In this document: positions 61,536-64,000 of the stretch, one piece after another
How the letters are laid out: each line of letters starts with the position of its first letter
Position numbering within the stretch: the stretch's first letter is position 1
Assembly: GCA_902525625.1 (NCBI GenBank)
Contig: CABZHM010000001.1
Coordinates: forward strand, 29,130-93,129
Length of the DNA: 64,000 nucleotides
Direction: 5' to 3'
Source of the DNA: an uncultured Pelagibacteraceae bacterium
Lineage (GTDB): Bacteria > Pseudomonadota > Alphaproteobacteria > Pelagibacterales > Pelagibacteraceae
The notes under the pieces: model-generated
What the model was told of the DNA's origin: nothing
Database searches by the model: none
Seen by the model: only the letters and a program-made list of their open reading frames with translations
Position numbers and translations under genes: made by a program

Positions 61536-63622
61536 TTATTTTTTCTATTTTCAACTAAACTATCAACAACATTTGGATCTGCTAAAGTGGTCGTATCACC
61601 AAGTTGCCCATGCTCATTAGCTGCAATTTTTCTTAAAATTCTTCTCATAATTTTACCTGATCTAGTTTTAGGTAAACCTGGGGTAAATTGTATAAGATCA
61701 GGTGTTGCCAGTGGACCAATTTGTTTTCTTACCCATAGTTTTAATTCTCTTTCAAGATCACCCGTTTCAGTCTCCCCAACATTAAGTGTAACATAACAAT
61801 AAAGTCCATTACCCTTTATATCGTGAGGATAACCAACAACAGCTGCCTCAGCAACTTTGGGATGTGCAACAAAAGCACTTTCAATTTCCGCCGTTCCAAG
61901 ATTGTGACCTGATACAATAATAACATCATCTACTCTTCCAGTTATCCAATAATAACCATCTTTATCCCTACGACATCCATCTCCAGTAAAATATTTACCA
62001 TCGAATTGAGAAAAGTAAGTGTCAATAAATCTTTGATGATCACCGTAAACCGTTCTCATCTGCCCTGGCCAAGATTGGGAAATACAAAGTCTACCTTCAC
62101 CTGCTCCTTTAATCTCTTTTCCGTTTTTGTCTACTAAACATGGTTTTATACCATAAAAAGGTTTTGTGGCAGATCCAGGTTTAAGTGGAATAGCTCCTGT
62201 CTGCGGTGCGATAAGTATTCCTCCTGTTTCTGTTTGCCACCACGTATCAACTATTGGGCATTTTGAATTACCAACAGTTTTGTAGTACCACATCCAAGCT
62301 TCGGGGTTTATTGGCTCTCCAACAGTACCTAATAATTTTAGGGATTTTCTTGATGTCTTATTGACAGGTTCAGTGCCCTCTCTCATTAAAGCTCTGATAG
62401 CAGTTGGTGCTGTGTAAAATGTGTTTACTTTGTATTTGTCAACTATTTGCCACCATCTAGAGCTATCCGGGTAATTAGGTATACCTTCAAACATTATAGT
62501 TGTAGCACCATTAGAAAGCGGTCCGTATATAATATAACTATGTCCAGTTACCCATCCAATGTCTGCTGTGCACCAATAAATATCTTTAGGTTTGTAATTA
62601 AATATATATTGGTGAGTCATTGATGCATAGACCATATATCCACCAGTTGTATGTAAAACACCTTTGGGTTTTCCAGTAGATCCTGAAGTATAGAGTATGA
62701 ACAATGGATCCTCAGCATTCATCTCTTCAGGCTCACAGTTAGCAGGAACGTCCTTAATTAAATCATGATACCAAACATCTCTATCTTCGTTCCAAAACAC
62801 GTAATTACCTGTCCTTTTTACAACAATACATTTTTTGACATTCGGACAGTTTGTTAATGCTTCATCAGTAGTAGCCTTTAGAGGTATTTTTTTTCCGCCC
62901 CTAACACCTTCGTCCGCAGTGATTATATACTCTGACTCACAATCGTTAACTCTTCCCGAAATTGATTCTGCAGAAAATCCTCCAAATATTATAGAATGAA
63001 TTGCACCAATTCTTGCACAAGCCAGCATTAAAATTGCTAATTCCGGTATCATAGTTAAATAAATTGTAACTCGATCTCCTTTTTGAATTCCAAGTTTCTT
63101 TAATCCATTCGCAGCTTTTGATACTTTTTGGTGTAATTGATTGTAGGAAATTTTTTGACTGTCTTTAGGATCATCACCAACCCAAATGATAGCAGTCTTA
63201 TCTTTTTTATCCTTTAAATGTCTATCAATACAGTTTGCTGATGCATTTAAAGTTCCATCTTCAAACCATTTAATTCTAACATCATCTTTACTATATTTAA
63301 CATCTTTAATCTTCTTATAAGGCTTTATCCAATTAATTCTTTTACCTTCTTTTTTCCAGAAGGTGTTATTATTTTTAATTGAGTCTTTGTACTTTTTTAG
63401 GTATTGGACTTTATTTGCCAGACTACTCTTAATCCATTCAGGCCTGGTTTTAACTATTAATTCAGAGACCGATGATTTTTCTTTTACAATTTGATTCTTC
63501 TTATTTGATGAAGTCTTTCTTTTAATTACTTTTTTATTTCTCGCTGTTTTTTTTTTAACTTTTCTCTTAGTCTTTTTTTTGTTTTTATTTTTGTATTTAG
63601 ATTTTTTTTTTCTTTTTAGCAT
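61532..63622 (-). CDS. acs: Acetyl-CoA synthetase with Lys-rich N-terminal extension
   Basis: [35 protein letters not shown]. Confidence 0.98.
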   Translation of the reverse strand: MLKRKKKSKYKNKNKKKTKRKVKKKTARNKKVIKRKTSSNKKNQIVKEKSSVSELIVKTRPEWIKSSLANKVQYLKKYKDSIKNNNTFWKKEGKRINWIKPYKKIKDVKYSKDDVRIKWFEDGTLNASANCIDRHLKDKKDKTAIIWVGDDPKDSQKISYNQLHQKVSKAANGLKKLGIQKGDRVTIYLTMIPELAILMLACARIGAIHSIIFGGFSAESISGRVNDCESEYIITADEGVRGGKKIPLKATTDEALTNCPNVKKCIVVKRTGNYVFWNEDRDVWYHDLIKDVPANCEPEEMNAEDPLFILYTSGSTGKPKGVLHTTGGYMVYASMTHQYIFNYKPKDIYWCTADIGWVTGHSYIIYGPLSNGATTIMFEGIPNYPDSSRWWQIVDKYKVNTFYTAPTAIRALMREGTEPVNKTSRKSLKLLGTVGEPINPEAWMWYYKTVGNSKCPIVDTWWQTETGGILIAPQTGAIPLKPGSATKPFYGIKPCLVDKNGKEIKGAGEGRLCISQSWPGQMRTVYGDHQRFIDTYFSQFDGKYFTGDGCRRDKDGYYWITGRVDDVIIVSGHNLGTAEIESAFVAHPKVAEAAVVGYPHDIKGNGLYCYVTLNVGETETGDLERELKLWVRKQIGPLATPDLIQFTPGLPKTRSGKIMRRILRKIAANEHGQLGDTTTLADPNVVDSLVENRKNN

Positions 63623-63638
63623 AGCTTTAATTTTATTA

Positions 63639-64000
63639 TTAAATTTTAACCATGTTATTCAAGATTTTCCAGCTTTTAGAGTCTATTGGCATAACTGAAA
63701 GTCTACTTTGTTTTATTAATGATAAATGGCTTAATTCCTTGTTTTTTTTAATAGTTTTTAAAGAAACTGGTGTTTTAAGTTTTTTTTTAAATTTAACTGT
63801 TACAGCTACAAAACGACCAGTTTTGTCTGTTTTATCTAAATAAGCTTCTTCAATAACTTCAACAATACCCACAATTTCTTTTCCAATATTTGAATGATAA
63901 AAAAAACATTTATCACCCTTTCTCATTTTTTTTAAATTTTTTGAGGCTTGATAATTTCTAACACCATCCCAAGGTGCCCCTTTCTTCCCAGCTTTTTTTT
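63639..64000 (-). CDS. EVE domain protein (5'-truncated by window edge)
   Basis: Frame is open to the window end: WDGVRNYQA...[19 protein letters not shown]. Confidence 0.92.
   Translation of the reverse strand, partial: KKAGKKGAPWDGVRNYQASKNLKKMRKGDKCFFYHSNIGKEIVGIVEVIEEAYLDKTDKTGRFVAVTVKFKKKLKTPVSLKTIKKNKELSHLSLIKQSRLSVMPIDSKSWKILNNMVKI

Noticed and set aside
1016-63843. Many 60-170 aa ORFs antisense or out of frame within core genes (e.g. 6110-6631, 11452-11952, 15867-16277, 43906-44211)
   Set aside because: Shadow ORFs fully overlapping well-supported genes, with no motifs or independent signals.

Overview
Very AT-rich, extremely gene-dense core-chromosome segment of a streamlined alphaproteobacterium. 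Gene content and order point to SAR11/Candidatus Pelagibacter (inference from synteny and protein style). It spans the probable replication origin (hemE / PSRP divergent gap at 35817-36077, with DnaA-box-like 9-mers), with the mnmE-mnmG-rsmG-parA-parB block and a parS site nearby. It also contains grpE-dnaK-dnaJ, hslVU, the hisB/H/A/F/E cluster, leuS-lptE-holA, a major porin, ftsK-lolA, tRNA-Gly(GCC), purH and an actP/acs acetate module. I saw no mobile element, prophage, CRISPR array or rRNA. The most interesting signals are small. (1) A secreted Ser/Thr/Gly-rich protein of six 19-aa repeats, with a recent exact 110-bp internal duplication and its own leaderless promoter, sits inside the his cluster. 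(2) An unlisted 40-aa ArfA-like ribosome-rescue ORF lies downstream of a CenR-like regulator whose receiver domain is eroded. (3) Acetyl-CoA synthetase carries a polybasic N-terminal tail. (4) Single-gene insertions of modifying enzymes (GT41, sulfotransferase, 2OG-Fe(II) oxygenase) interrupt conserved gene blocks. (5) Several compact cis-regulatory designs are visible. All calls are by motif recognition and synteny knowledge; no database searches were run.
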